Source: Nemertoderma westbladi
Taxonomy: Eukaryota > Animalia > Xenacoelomorpha
Direction: 5' to 3'
Length of the DNA stretch: 64,000 bases
Assembly: GCA_032718475.1 (NCBI GenBank)
Contig: JAUCBJ010009127.1
Coordinates: forward strand, 30,904-94,903
The notes under the pieces are model-generated. The model worked only from the letters and a program-made list of their open reading frames with translations. It did not search any database and was not told where the DNA came from. The position numbers were made by a program, and so were the translations under genes. Shown piece by piece: positions 15,001 to 28,900 of the stretch (the stretch's first letter is position 1; the number at the start of each line of letters is the position of its first letter).

Positions 15001-18000
15001 TCCCTTGCACTCTCCATCTTCCACCCAGTTGTGGTTTATTCACGCACCCTTGTACTCTTTATCTTCCACTCAGTTGTGACTGATTCCCACAACCTTTCAC
15101 TTTTCATCTTCCACTCAGTTGTGGTTCATTCACGCACCCTTGCAATCTTCATCTTCCACTCAGTTGCGGTCCATTCCCGCACCCTTGTACACTTCATCTT
15201 CCACTCAGTTGTGGTACATTCACGCTCCCTTGCACTCTTCGTGGTTCATTCCCGCTCCCTTGCACTCTTCATCTTCCACTCAGTTGTGGTTCATTCACGC
15301 ACCCTTGCACGTTTCGTGGTTCATTCCCGCTCCCTTGCACTCTTCATCATCCACTCAGTTGTGGTTCATTCACGCACCCTTGCACTTTTCGTGGTTCATT
15401 CCCGCTCCCTTGCACTCTCCAGCTTCCACCCAGTTGTGGTTTATTCACGCACCCTTGTACTTTTCGTGGTTCATTCTTGCTCCCTTGCACTCTTCATCTT
15501 CCACTCAGTTGTGGTTCATTCCCGCTCCCTTGCACTCTTCATCTTCCACTCAGTTGTGGTTTATTCACGCACCCTTGTACTCTTCATCTTCCACTCAGTT
15601 GTGACTGATTCCCACAACCTTTCACTTTTCATCTTCACTCAGTTGTGGTTAATTCCCGCACCCTTGCACTCTTCATCTTCCACTCAGTTGTGGTTCATTC
15701 ACGCACCCTTGCACTCTTCATCTTCCACTCAGTTGTGGTTCATTCACGCACCCTTGCACTCTTCATCTTCCACTCAGTTGTGGTTAATTCCCGCACCCTT
15801 GCACTCTTCATCTTCCACTCAGTTGCGGTTCATTCACGCACCCTAGTACTCTTCATCTTCCACTCAGTTGTGGTTCATTCACGCACCCTAGTACTCTTCA
15901 TCTTCCACTCAGTTGCGGTTCATTCACGCACCCTTGCACTCTTCATCTTCCACTCAGTTGTGGTTCATTCTCGCTCCCTTGCACTCTTCATCTTCCACTC
16001 AGTTGTGGTTCATTCCCGCACCCTTGTACTCTTCATCTTCCACTCAGTTGCGGTTCATTCACGCTCCCTTGCACTCTTCATCTTCCACTCAGTTGTGGTT
16101 CATTCTCGCTCCCTTGCACTCTTCATCTTCCACTCAGTTGTGGTTCATTCCCGCACCCTTGTACTCTTCATCTTCCACTCAGTTGTGGTTCATTCCCGCA
16201 CCCTTGCACTCTTTATCTTCCACTCAGTTGCGGTTCATTCACGCTCCCTTGTACTCTTCATCTTCCACTCAGTTGCGGTTCATTCACGCACCCTTGCACT
16301 CTTTATCTTCCACTCAGTTGTGGTTCATTCACGCACCCTTGCAATCTTCATCTTCCACTCAGTTGTGGTTCATTCACGCACCCTTGCAATCTTCATCTTC
16401 CACTCAGTTGTGGTTTATTCCCGCTCCCTTGCACTCTTCATCTTCCACTCAGTTGTGGTTCATTCCCGCTCCCTTGCACCCTTCATCTTCCACTCAGTTG
16501 TGGTTTATTCCCGCTCCCTTGCACCCTTCATCTTCCACTCAGTTGCGGTTCATTCACGCTCCCTTGTACTCTTCATCTTCCACTCAGTTGCGGTTCATTC
16601 ACGCACCCTTGCACTCTTTATCTTCCACTCAGTTGTGGTTCATTCACGCACCCTTGCAATCTTCATCTTCCACTCAGTTGTGGTTTATTCCCGCTCCCTT
16701 GCACCCTTCATCTTCCACTCAGTTGCGGTTCATTCACGCTCCCTTGCACTCTTTATCTTCCACTCAGTTGTGGTTCATTCACGCACCCTTGCAATCTTCA
16801 TCTTCCACTCAGTTGTGGTTCATTCACGCACCCTTGCAATCTTCATCTTCCACTCAGTTGTGGTTCATTCACGCAACTTGCACTTTTCTTCTTCCACTCA
16901 GTTGTGGTTCATTCCCGCTCCCTTGCACCCTTCATCTTCCACTCAGTTGCGGTTCATTCACGCACCCTTGCAATCTTCATCTTCCACTCAGTTGTGGTTC
17001 ATTCACGCACCCTTGCAATCTTCATCTTCCACTCAGTGGTGGTTCATTCACGCACCCTTGCACCCTTCATCTTCCACTCAGTTGTGGTTCATTCCCGCAC
17101 CCTTGCACTCTTCATCTTCCGCTCAGTTGTGGTTCATTCACGCACCCTTGTACTCTTCATCTTCCACTCAGTTGCGGTTCATTCACGCACCCTTGCACCC
17201 TTCATCTTCCACTCAGTTGCGGTTCATTCACGCACCCTAGTACTCTTCATCTTCCACTCAGTTGTGGTTCATTCCCGCATCCTTGCACTCTTCATCTTCC
17301 GCTCAGTTGTGGTTCATTCACGCACCCTGCAGTCTTCATCTTCCACTCAGTTGTGGTTGATTCACGCACCCTTGCAATCTTCATCTTCCACTCAGTTGCG
17401 GTTCATTCCCGCACCCTTGTACTCTTCATCTTCCACTCAGTTGTGGTTCATTCTCGCACCCTTGCAATCTTCATCTTCCACTCAGTTGTGGTTCATTCAC
17501 GCACCCTGCAGTCTTCATCTTCCACTCAGTTGTGGTTGATTCACGCACCCTTGCAATCTTCATCTTCCACTCAGTTGTGGTTCATTCACGCACCCTTGCA
17601 CTTTTCATCTTCCACTCAGTTGTGGTTCATTCCCGCACCCTGCAATCTTCATCTTCCACTCAGTTGTGGTTCATTCACGCACCCTTGCAATCTTCATCTT
17701 CCACTCAGTTGTGGTTCATTCACGCACCCTTGTACTCTTCATCTTCCACTCAGTTGCGGTTCATTCACGCACCCTTGCACCCTTCATCTTCCACTCAGTT
17801 GCGGTTCATTCACGCACCCTAGTACTCTTCATCTTCCACTCAGTTGTGGTTCATTCTCGCACCCTTGCAATCTTCATCTTCCACTCAGTTGTGGTTCATT
17901 CACGCACCCTGCAGTCTTCATCTTCCACTCAGTTGTGGTTCATTCCCGCACCCTAGTACTCTTCATCTTCCACTCAGTTGTGGTTGATTCACGCACCCTT

Positions 18001-21000
18001 GCAATCTTCATCTTCCACTCAGTTGTGGTTCATTCACGCACCCTTGTACTCTTCATCTTCCACTCAGTTGTGGTTCATTCTCGCACCCTTGCAATCTTCA
18101 TCTTCCACTCAGTTGTGGTTCATTCACGCACCCTGCAGTCTTCATCTTCCACTCAGTTGTGGTTGATTCACGCACCCTTGCAATCTTCATCTTCCACTCA
18201 GTTGTGGTTCATTCACGCACCCTTGCACTTTTCATCTTCCACTCAGTTGTGGTTCATTCCCGCACCCTGCAATCTTCATCTTCCACTCAGTTGTGGTTCA
18301 TTCACGCACCCTTGCAATCTTCATCTTCCACTCAGTTGTGGTTCATTCACGCACCCTTGTACTCTTCATCTTCCACTCAGTTGCGGTTCATTCACGCACC
18401 CTTGCACCCTTCATCTTCCACTCAGTTGCGGTTCATTCACGCACCCTAGTACTCTTCATCTTCCACTCAGTTGTGGTTCATTCCCGCATCCTTGCACTCT
18501 TCATCTTCCGCTCAGTTGTGGTTCATTCCCGCACCCTTGTACTCTTCATCTTCCACTCAGTTGTGGTTCATTCCCGCACCCTGCAATCTTCATCTTCCAC
18601 TCAGTTGTGGTTCATTCACGCACCCTTGCAATCTTCATCTTCCACTCAGTTGTGGTTCATTCACGCACCCTTGCACTTTTCATCTTCCACTCAGTTGTGG
18701 TTCATTCCCGCACCCTGCAATCTTCATCTTCCACTCAGTTGTGGTTCATTCACGCACCCTTGCAATCTTCATCTTCCACTCAGTTGTGGTTCGTTCACGC
18801 ACCCTTGTACTCTTCATCTTCCACTCAGTTGCGGTTCATTCACGCACCCTTGCACCCTTCATCTTCCACTCAGTTGCGGTTCATTCACGCACCCTAGTAC
18901 TCTTCATCTTCCACTCAGTTGTGGTTCATTCCCGCATCCTTGCACTCTTCATCTTCCGCTCAGTTGTGGTTCATTCCCGCACCCTTGCACCCTTCATCTT
19001 CCACTCAGTTGCGGTTCATTCCCGCATCCTTGCACACTTCATCTTCCACTCTGTTGTGGTTCATTCACGCACCCTGCAGTCTTCATCTTCCACTCAGTTG
19101 TGGTTGATTCACGCACCCTTGCAATCTTCATCTTCCACTCAGTTGTGGTTCATTCTCGCACCCTTGCAATCTTCATCTTCCACTCAGTTGTGGTTCATTC
19201 CCGCACCCTGCAATCTTCATCTTCCACTCAGTTGTGGTTCATTCACGCACCCTTGCACTCTTCATCTTCCACTCAGTTGTGGTTCATTCCCGCACCCTTG
19301 CACTCTTCATCTTCCGCTCAGTTGTGGTTCATTCCCGCACCCTGCAGTCTTCATCTTCCACTCAGTTGTGGTTGATTCACGCACCCTTGCACTCTTCATC
19401 TTCCACTCAGTTGTGGTTCATTCACGCTCCCTTGCAGTCTTCATCTTCCACTCAGTTGTGGTTGATTCACGCACCCTTGCACTCTTCATCTTCCACTCAG
19501 TTGCGGTTCATTCACGCTCCCTTGTACTCTTCATCTTCCACTCAGTTGTGGTTCACTCACGCAACTTGCACTTTTCATCTTCCACTCAGTTGCGGTTCAT
19601 TCACGCACCCTTGCACTCTTCATCTTCCACTCAGTTGTGGTTCATTCACGCACCCTTGCAATCTTCATCTTCCACTCAGTTGTGGTTCATTCACGCACCC
19701 TTGCAATCTTCATCTTCCACTCAGTTGTGGTTCACTCACGCAACTTGCACTTTTCATCTTCCACTCAGTTGCGGTTCATTCACGCACCCTTGCACTCTTC
19801 ATCTTCCACTCAGTTGTGGTTCATTCACGCACCCTTGCAATCTTCATCTTCCACTCAGTTGTGGTTCATTCACGCACCCTTGCAATCTTCATCTTCCACT
19901 CAGTTGCGGTTCATTCACGCTCCCTTGTACTCTTCATCTTCCACTCAGTTGTGGTTCACTCACGCAACTTGCACTCTTCATCTTCCACTCAGTTGTGGTT
20001 CATTCACGCACCCTTGCACTCTTCATCTTCCACTCAGTTGTGGTTCATTCCCGCACCCTTGCACTCTTCATCTTCCACTCAGTTGTGGTTCACTCCCGCA
20101 CCCTTGTACTCTCCATCTTCCACTCAGTTGTGGTTCACTCCCGCACCCTTGTACTCTTCATCTTCCACTCAGTTGTGGTTCATTCACGCACCCTTGCAAT
20201 CTTCATCTTCCACTCAGTTGTGGTTCATTCACGCAACTTGCACTTTTCATCTTCCACTCAGTTGTGGTTCATTCCCGCACCCTTGCACTCTTCATCTTCC
20301 ACTCAGTTGTGGTTCACTCCCGCACCCTTGTACTCTCCATCTTCCACTCAGTTGTGGTTCACTCCCGCACCCTTGTACTCTTCATCTTCCACTCAGTTGT
20401 GGTTCATTCACGCAACTTGCACTTTTCATCTTCCACTCAGTTGTGGTTCATTCCCGCACCCTTGCACTCTTCATCTTCCACTCAGTTGTGGTTCACTCCC
20501 GCACCCTTGCAATCTTCATCTTCCACTCAGTTGTGGTTCATTCACGCACCCTTGCACTCTTCATCTTCCACTCAGTTGTGGTTCATTCCCGCACCCTTGC
20601 ACTCTTCATCTTCCACTCAGTTGTGGTTCACTCCCGCACCCTTGTACTCTCCATCTTCCACTCAGTTGTGGTTCATTCACGCACCCTTGCAATCTTCATC
20701 TTCCACTCAGTTGTGGTTCATTCACGCAACTTGCACATTTCATCTTCCACTCAGTTGTGGTTCATTCCCGCACCCTTGCACTCTTCATCTTCCACTCAGT
20801 TGTGGTTCACTCCCGCACCCTTGTACTCTCCATCTTCCACTCAGTTGTGGTTCACTCCCGCACCCTTGTACTCTTCATCTTCCACTCAGTTGCGGTTCAT
20901 TCACGCACCCTTGCACCCTTCATCTTCCACTCAGTTGTGGTTCATTCACGCACCCTTGCAATCTTCATCTTCCACTCAGTTGTGGTTCATTCACGCACCC

Positions 21001-24000
21001 TTGCAATCTTCATCTTCCACTCAGTTGTGGTTCATTCACGCACCCTTGCAATCTTCATCTTCCACTCAGTTGTGGTTCATTCACGCAACTTGCACTTTTC
21101 ATCTTCCACTCAGTTGTGGTTCATTCCCGCACCCTTGCACTCTTCATCTTCCACTCAGTTGTGGTTCACTCCCGCACCCTTGTACTCTCCATCTTCCACT
21201 CAGTTGTGGTTCACTCCCGCACCCTTGTACTCTTCATCTTCCACTCAGTTGCGGTTCATTCACGCACCCTTGCACCCTTCATCTTCCACTCAGTTGCGGT
21301 TCATTCACGCACCCTAGTACTCTTCATCTTCCACTCAGTTGTGGTTCATTCCCGCATCCTTGCACTCTTCATTTTCCGCTCAGTTGTGGTTCATTCACGC
21401 ACCCTGCAGTCTTCATCTTCCACTCAGTTGTGGTTCATTCACGCAACTTGCACTCTTCATCTTCCACTCAGTTGTGGTTCATTCCCGCACCCTAGTACTC
21501 TTCATCTTCCACTCAGTTGTGGTTGATTCACGCACCCTTGCAATCTTCATCTTCCATTCAGTTGTGGTTCATTCACGCACCCTTGCAATCTTCATCTTCC
21601 ACTCAGTTGTGGTTCATTCACGCAACTTGCACTTTTCATCTTCCACTCAGTTGTGGTTCATTCTCGCACCCTGCAGTCTTCATCTTCCACTCAGTTGTGG
21701 TTGATTCACGCACCCTTGCACTCTTCATCTTCCGCTCAGTTGTGGTTCATTCCCGCACCCTGCAGTCTTCATCTTCCACTCAGTTGTGGTTGATTCACGC
21801 ACCCTTGCACTCTTCATCTTCCACTCAGTTGTGGTTCATTCACGCAACTTGCACTCTTCATCTTCCACTCAGTTGTGGTTCACTCACGCAACTTGCACTT
21901 TTCATCTTCCACTCAGTTGTGGTTCATTCCCGCACCCTTGCAGTCTTCGTCTTCCACTCAGTTGTGGTTCATTCTCGTTCCCTTGCAGTCTTCATCTTCC
22001 ACTCAGTTGTGGTTGATTCACGCACCCTTGCACTCTTCATCTTCCACTCAGTTGTGGTTCATTCACGCTCCCTTGCACTCTTCATCTTCCGCTCAGTTGT
22101 GGTTCATTCTCGCACCCTTGCAGTCTTCATCTTCCACTCAGTTGTGGTTCACTCACGCAACTTGCACTTTTCATCTTCCACTCAGTTGTGGTTCATTCCC
22201 GCACCCTTGCACTCTTCATCTTCCACTCAGTTGTGGTTCATTCTCGCACCCTTGCAGTCTTCATCTTCCACTCAGTTGTGGTTCACTCACGCAACTTGCA
22301 CTTTTCATCTTCCACTCAGTTGTGGTTCATTCCCGCACCCTTGCACTCTTCATCTTCCACTCAGTTGTGGTTCATTCTCGCACCCTTGCAGTCTTCATCT
22401 TCCACTCAGTTGTGGTTCACTCACGCAACTTGCACCCTTCATCTTCCACTCAGTTGCGGTTCATTCCCGCACCCTTGCACTCTTCATCTTCCACTCAGTT
22501 GTGGTTCATTCTCGCACCCTTGCAGTCTTCATCTTCCACTCAGTTGTGGTTCACTCACGCAACTTGCACTTTTCATCTTCCACTCAGTTGTGGTTCATTC
22601 CCGCACCCTTGTACTCTTCATCTTCCGCTCAGTTGTGGTTCATTCACGCACCCTGCAGTCTTCATCTTCCACTCAGTTGTGGTTGATTCACGCACCCTTG
22701 CACTCTTCATCTTCCACTCAGTTGTGGTTGATTCACGCACCCTTGCACTCTTCATCTTCCACTCAGTTGTGGTTCATTCCCGCACCCTTGCACTCTTCAT
22801 CTTCCGCTCAGTTGTGGTTCATTCACGCACCCTTGCAGTCTTCATCTTCCACTCAGTTGTGGTTCACTCACGCAACTTGCACTTTTCATCTTCCACTCAG
22901 TTGTGGTTCATTCCCGCACCCTTGCACTCTTCATCTTCCGCTCAGTTGTGGTTTATTCACGCACCCTTGCAATCTTCATCTTCCACTCAGTTGTGGTTCA
23001 TTCACGCAACTTGCACTTTTCATCTTCCACTCAGTTGTGGTTCATTCTCGCACCCTGCAGTCTTCATCTTCCACTCAGTTGTGGTTGATTCACGCACCCT
23101 TGCAATCTTCATCTTCCACTCAGTTGTGGTTCATTCACGCACCCTTGCAATCTTCATCTTCCACTCAGTTGTGGTTCATTCACGCAACTTGCACTTTTCA
23201 TCTTCCACTCAGTTGTGGTTCATTCCCGCACCCTTGCACTCTTCATCTTCCACTCAGTTGTGGTTCATTCTCGCTCCCTTGTACTCTTCATCTTCCACTC
23301 AGTTGTGGTTCATTCCCGCACCCTTGCATTCTTCATCTTCCACTCAGTTGTGGTTCATTCACGCACCCTTGCAATCTTCATCTTCCACTCAGTTGTGGTT
23401 CATTCACGCACCCTGCAGTCTTCATCTTCCACTCAGTTGTGGTTGATTCACGCACCCTTGCAATCTTCATCTTCCACTCAGTTGTGGTTCATTCACGCAC
23501 CCTTGCAATCTTCATCTTCCACTCAGTTGTGGTTCATTCACGCACCCTGCAGTCTTCATCTTCCACTCAGTTGTGGTTGATTCACGCACCCTTGCAATCT
23601 TCATCTTCCACTCAGTTGTGGTTCATTCACACACCCTTGCACTTTTCATCTTCCACTCAGTTGTGGTTCATTCTCGCACCCTGCAGTCTTCATCTTCCAC
23701 TCAGTTGTGGTTGATTCACGCACCCTTGCAATCTTCATCTTCAACTCAGTTGTGGTTCATTCTCACACCCTTGCAATCTTCATCTTCCACTCAGTTGTGG
23801 TTCATTCACGCACCCTTGCAATCTTCATCTTCCACTCAGTTGTGGTTCATTCTCGCTCCCTTGCACTTTTCATCTTCCACTCAGTTGTGGTTCATTCTCG
23901 CACCCTGCAATCTTCATCTTCCACTCAGTTGTGGTTCATTCACGCAACTTGCACTTTTCATCTTCCACTCAGTTGTGGTTCATTCTCGCACCCTGCAGTC

Positions 24001-24675
24001 TTCATCTTCCACTCAGTTGTGGTTGATTCACGCACCCTTGTACTCTTCATCTTCCACTCAGTTGTGTTTCATTCTCGCTCCCTTGCACTTTTCATCTTCC
24101 ACTCAGTTGTGGTTCATTCTCGCTCCCTTGCACTTTTCATCTTCCACTCAGTTGTGGTTCATTCTCGCACCCTGCAATCTTCATCTTCCACTCAGTTGTG
24201 GTTCATTCACGCAACTTGCACTTTTCATCTTCCACTCAGTTGTGGTTCATTCTCGCACCCTGCAGTCTTCATCTTCCACTCAGTTGTGGTTGATTCACGC
24301 ACCCTTGTACTCTTCATCTTCCACTCAGTTGTGTTTCATTCTCGCTCCCTTGCACTTTTCATCTTCCACTCAGTTGTGGTTCATTCTCGCACCCTGCAAT
24401 CTTCATCTTCCACTCAGTTGTGGTTCATTCACGCAACTTGCACTTTTCATCTTCCACTCAGTTGTGGTTCATTCTCGCACCCTTGCAATCTTCATCTTCC
24501 ACTCAGTTGTGGTTCATTCACGCAACTTGCACTTTTCATCTTCCACTCAGTTGTGGTTCATTCTCGCACCCTGCAGTCTTCATCTTCCACTCAGTTGTGT
24601 TTCATTCCCGCACCCTTGCAGTCTTCATCTTCCACTCCTCAGTTGTGGTTGATTCACGCACCCTTGCACTCTTCA
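1..24675. repeat. 45-bp tandem satellite array, left part (about 550 monomers, continues beyond window start)
   Basis: Consensus CAGTTGTGGTTCATTCCCGCACCCTTGCACTCTTCATCTTCCACT repeated head to tail, with 27-, 44- and 48-bp variants. The + strand is about 73% pyrimidine, so it lacks stop codons. Confidence 0.99.
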
Positions 24676-25853
24676 TGTTCGCGCTTTTAGACCTTTGGCA
24701 GTTTAACCCGCCAAATCAGGATGTCTTCTAGATAATAAATCACCTTTAGTCTATGACAAGTATTTAATTCACTACACTAGTCGAAACCAATCTGTGCGCG
24801 ATCATTCACCCGCTGGATATACCCGGGAGATTGGGTTCGACGGCTTAATTTTTATTGCTATGTAAGCCTAATGTATTATTCGACTGACAGTATTATATAA
24901 TCTCTGACAATATTATTCACCTTCGGGGAATATTAACAGTTCCTTTAGGACGTGGCGCTCTATCTATATAAACAGAGTTATGACTTAAACTACTCACAAC
25001 GATATGGCTTAGTTATAATTCACATATATGGCGCATTCTTTAGGAAATGCTTCGTTATCAGTATCACTCATACACGATGCTGCACAATACTGCACACTGA
25101 TCTGCCGATCTTCACTGATTTTAGTTATATATAAAAGGAACACGGACCGACTCATGTAGGGTCTATCAAATAACATTAGATTCACTTCAAACCACTTTAA
25201 CATAAGTCACAATCGTTATATGTAACCTTTCTCTCTTACCTTCGGTATATCAAGAATATTGGGTTTCGGGGTTATTTATCGTTATTCCAAATATAATAAT
25301 TCATCAACCATATTATGAAGAACTGACAGTAAATAGCAGTATAACAATATAAAAGTATGCACAGTAATTCAGTGTGCGTTAAGTTCATTAGTTTGATATT
25401 AAGTGTTGTGTTGTGATAAATGCAGATAACGGATATATGCCCTTTATAATTAAGCCTACTAGTGTTAGACTAAAACAGAAAAGCACAAAATATTTACAAG
25501 CCGTTCTCTCCTGGCTTAGGAAAGAAAGACCAACAACACTGAAAACTGATAAGAATAACCTTATTTACAAAGGCTTCCACCCAACACAGAGAAAGAGCAT
25601 AAAGATAGGAAAATTCAGTTCAGTAGATCTGTGATAGGTCGAAATCAAAATCAACTCAAATCCTATAGGCAGATACTTTCCCAAGCTGGTTGGACAATTA
25701 AACGTAGCCCAGATCCCTTCGCACAGCGAATCAGCCAATCAGCCGGTAGCTTGCGCTATTCGAGTTATAGATCCCTTTCTAGAGTATTCTAGCGACTGGG
25801 GGGGAACTGGTTAGCAAGGCAAACGAATCAGTTATCCCACAAAAGCTTTTACA
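24676..25853 (-). repeat. 3' LTR (1178 bp)
   Basis: TGTTCGCGCTTTT...AAAAGCTTTTACA, with an imperfect terminal inverted repeat. Near-identical to 42229-43406; I found 3 substitutions by eye (24971/42524, 25259/42812, 25268/42821). Confidence 0.98.
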
Positions 25854-25861
25854 CCGCTCCC
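25854..25861 (-). other. Short polypurine tract (GGGAGCGG) abutting the 3' LTR
   Basis: The minus strand reads ...TCTGGGAGCGG|TGTAAAAG, the expected position for the plus-strand primer. Confidence 0.7.
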
Positions 25862-25931
25862 AGAAAATGGGATTTAAGTCTATAAAATATACAAAATCAC
25901 AATTTCTAATATACATAAATACTCTAAACAG

Positions 25932-28900
25932 TTAGTCTTTCTTGCGCGGACGGCGTTTACGCAGTTTTTTAAAGCTAGCAAGAGTCCTTTTCTCTTTGGG
26001 GCAAGCCACTTTACGAGGAGGGCTGTAGCTCCTAGGCGAAGGGTGCAATATAATTGCATCAGAAGGTGCAGGGTTACGATCGGTATACCCGCCGGTCGAA
26101 GTACCTGGTTGATTAATATCAACCTCAGTGGAGTAAGGTCTAACGGCCTTTAGAGCGCGTCTCAGGACAGCAGCTCCTACGGGTCCTTGACGGGTCGTCT
26201 GGACATTAGCGGTGGGTGGACCGTGAGTGGTGAGGAACTTTCTCGGTTTAATGGTTCTCTCCAGCTCGCGTTCTCGGGTTCGATATTCATATGGTCGCCG
26301 AGATATTTCCTGTAGTTCAGGATGCGAGTTCACAAAGATGTCGCCATACTCAGGATCTTGACGGATAAAATTGATCAGGTGATATGTGGTTATATCATTA
26401 GGGTTAACGTTTCTAAGGTATTTCCTGACAAACTTGGTGGAAATACACTCACCAACACGCTTCATTAACTCGTAACTTGGTACGCGTGTTTTCTGTTCAA
26501 TCGACGCGAATAGATAAGGATGGAACGCGTAAACTCCCTCGTAAGCTCGTCCAGGGTAATAGCGATGTCGGGATTCGCAGTGTAAATCGGCGTTCGCTTC
26601 CCAAGCTCGGATGTATCGCAGGGTGATCATCTCGTCTACGCTCTCTAAATCGCGATTAAAGGGACAATTGTAACTTTCATGTCCTTTAAGTTGGCAGTAG
26701 TGACATTGAGTCATAAATTGTGGGCAGACGGCAAATATATGAGAGTTATTAAGCCAGCAATAAGCACAATATATTTCCATCATCGGTTGTTCGAGGAAAT
26801 AGGAACAAGGTACGCTCGAGTCTAGAGGAGTGAAGTGGTCTCTCGATGCGCATAATCGACAACGTTTTCGAGAAACGTAGTTGGCGTGTCGATAATCGTA
26901 CGCTGTGAGACGCTGTGGACCTTGATACCACTCTATGACATAATCATTGTCACTGCTCCGGGAAGTTGTAGGCTGAATCGCTTCTGATTCCAAGCACACT
27001 GGTTCATCCTCCAGCTGTATAGACGAAGTGGGTGCGTCTGTCTCAGTAAGTGGATCCACTGTCTGTATTTCCACGACAGAATAACCTGTAGGTATTCGGG
27101 GTCTTTGTATAACAGATGAATGTGAGTTCTGTATACAAACGTCTTGAAACACGGCAAATCCAGCGCTACTCAGTTTCTCCGCAGCCGAGTCTCTCAGACT
27201 GAGTTTGGTCAGCGCGCGGTCCTTGAACTGACTATCGACGTTACGGAACGGAGTCAGAAAGCGCCGGAAACATTCGAAACGTATGAACTTATTGTGTTCG
27301 TCTAACTTGGCGAGTTTAGTTCCAAGTATTAACGGGTGAGCGCGTATGGTACGACTGCACACATCGGCTAGCCAACCGGCAAGTGCTGCGTTTTCAAAGA
27401 TCGTATATATAGCTAAGGAAGGGCGAAGTGGAACACTCATAAAGCTATATACTGCACCAGGCGCAGTTAATGGTCCGTCAAAATATAAACGGGAGTAATG
27501 ATCTCCATATACCTGCTGGTAATTGATAGGATTTCCAACTTTGAAATTCCATCCATATTCTTGAAGGGCAAGATGTCCGATGGATGTCCGTTGTACTTTA
27601 GTAATGTCGCTGGGTGTATTGGCATACATAGTGCGAAAGAAACCTCGGCCTTCGGCCCAAGGAGCAATCAGCTGAGTATCAACGAAAGGGTATGGAATGT
27701 TCTCCATATTCCGGAAGTCGTTTTGGAGGTCTCCATAAACAGCTGAGCCGATTTTTAGGATTCTTTCGTTAAACAACATTTCGAGCACGGGTTGGGGTAA
27801 CATTGATCCGTCGATACCCATGGCCGGTTTGCGCTCGGTGTCGGTGACGTAACGTTGCGCGAGCTCGAATTGTCCATGTCGAAGTTTCTTTTGTGTCTCC
27901 GTAAGGGTTTCAAAAGAATAATCGATCACGTCGGAACACGCTCGAGTGAATACGTGGGTAGAACCAGCGAGTCCTCGTATATGTATCATTCGCGTAGTTC
28001 CTAGTTCTCCCACCGGAACGCTACCTTCGTTGTCATAAGTAACAATGCCATACATCTCGATAACATTAAGAGTCTCGTTCCATTCTTTAGTGGCGTTTTC
28101 GAGAGCCATTCCCACTGGATGCCACAAAGTAGCGCATTCGCTAGCATTGGGTAAATCTCTATACTTTAAGCATTGTGTAGTATAGGTTTCCACATCTCCA
28201 TATCGTTTTATTCTTTCTTCCTCGAATAACACGTCAAGATTCCAGTGTACCAATCGAGTTTTAATGAATCCATCAAGATTGTACGGAGGTAATATTTCTT
28301 TCTCTATTCTGGAAATATTATACGGTTTTCGAAATGAGTTTAGTTTAACTAGCTGATCTAGATGTTTTTGTAGTTGTTCGAGTTCGACGAGGTCGAGAGG
28401 ATTGATCAATGGTAGAAACTTCAGACTATGCGTAGGATCTTCTGGTTTCACCATGTAATATTGCTTTAAATTGACGTAATAAGGATGATCCTTAATTCCA
28501 TAAAATGAGTCCGGCAAAGGTCTAGCGCGTATGTTAACATCGTGCGCCATGCGACGGACAAGATCCGCTCTATTGTCCGGAGGCTCAACAAGTACGCCAT
28601 CGACACGAGCAGCCTCGACGGGTGGACGTTGTAGCATGGGAGCGTCAGCAACGAGCTCTTGAGATCTGAGATCGGTGTTAACCGGTTGAGGCTGTACCGT
28701 AGCAAAGAGCTTGTCTTTAAAATGAGGAACCATCGAGGGGTGGAGAATCGGTTTGGAATAGAGATCCGTCACGAGAATTTGAGCTTCTGGTTGGGCTAAA
28801 GCTGCTTCTTCCCTCTCAGTCAGCTCTATATGTCTCTCCTCGAGCTGATTTTCCTCCGCTTGTTGTTGCAAGCGCTCGTCCAGGAATTCCTGTAAAGAGT

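Noticed and set aside
6-24690. Giant +strand ORFs (up to 3089 aa) in the satellite, likewise at 43424-55110
   Set aside because: All three + frames are open because the pyrimidine-rich monomer has no stop codon. Frequent 44-bp units swap frames, and most starts are non-ATG.
24952-25634. Short ORFs within the LTRs (duplicated at 42505-43187)
   Set aside because: They are 60-73 aa with non-ATG starts and no motifs, and are duplicated only because the LTR is.
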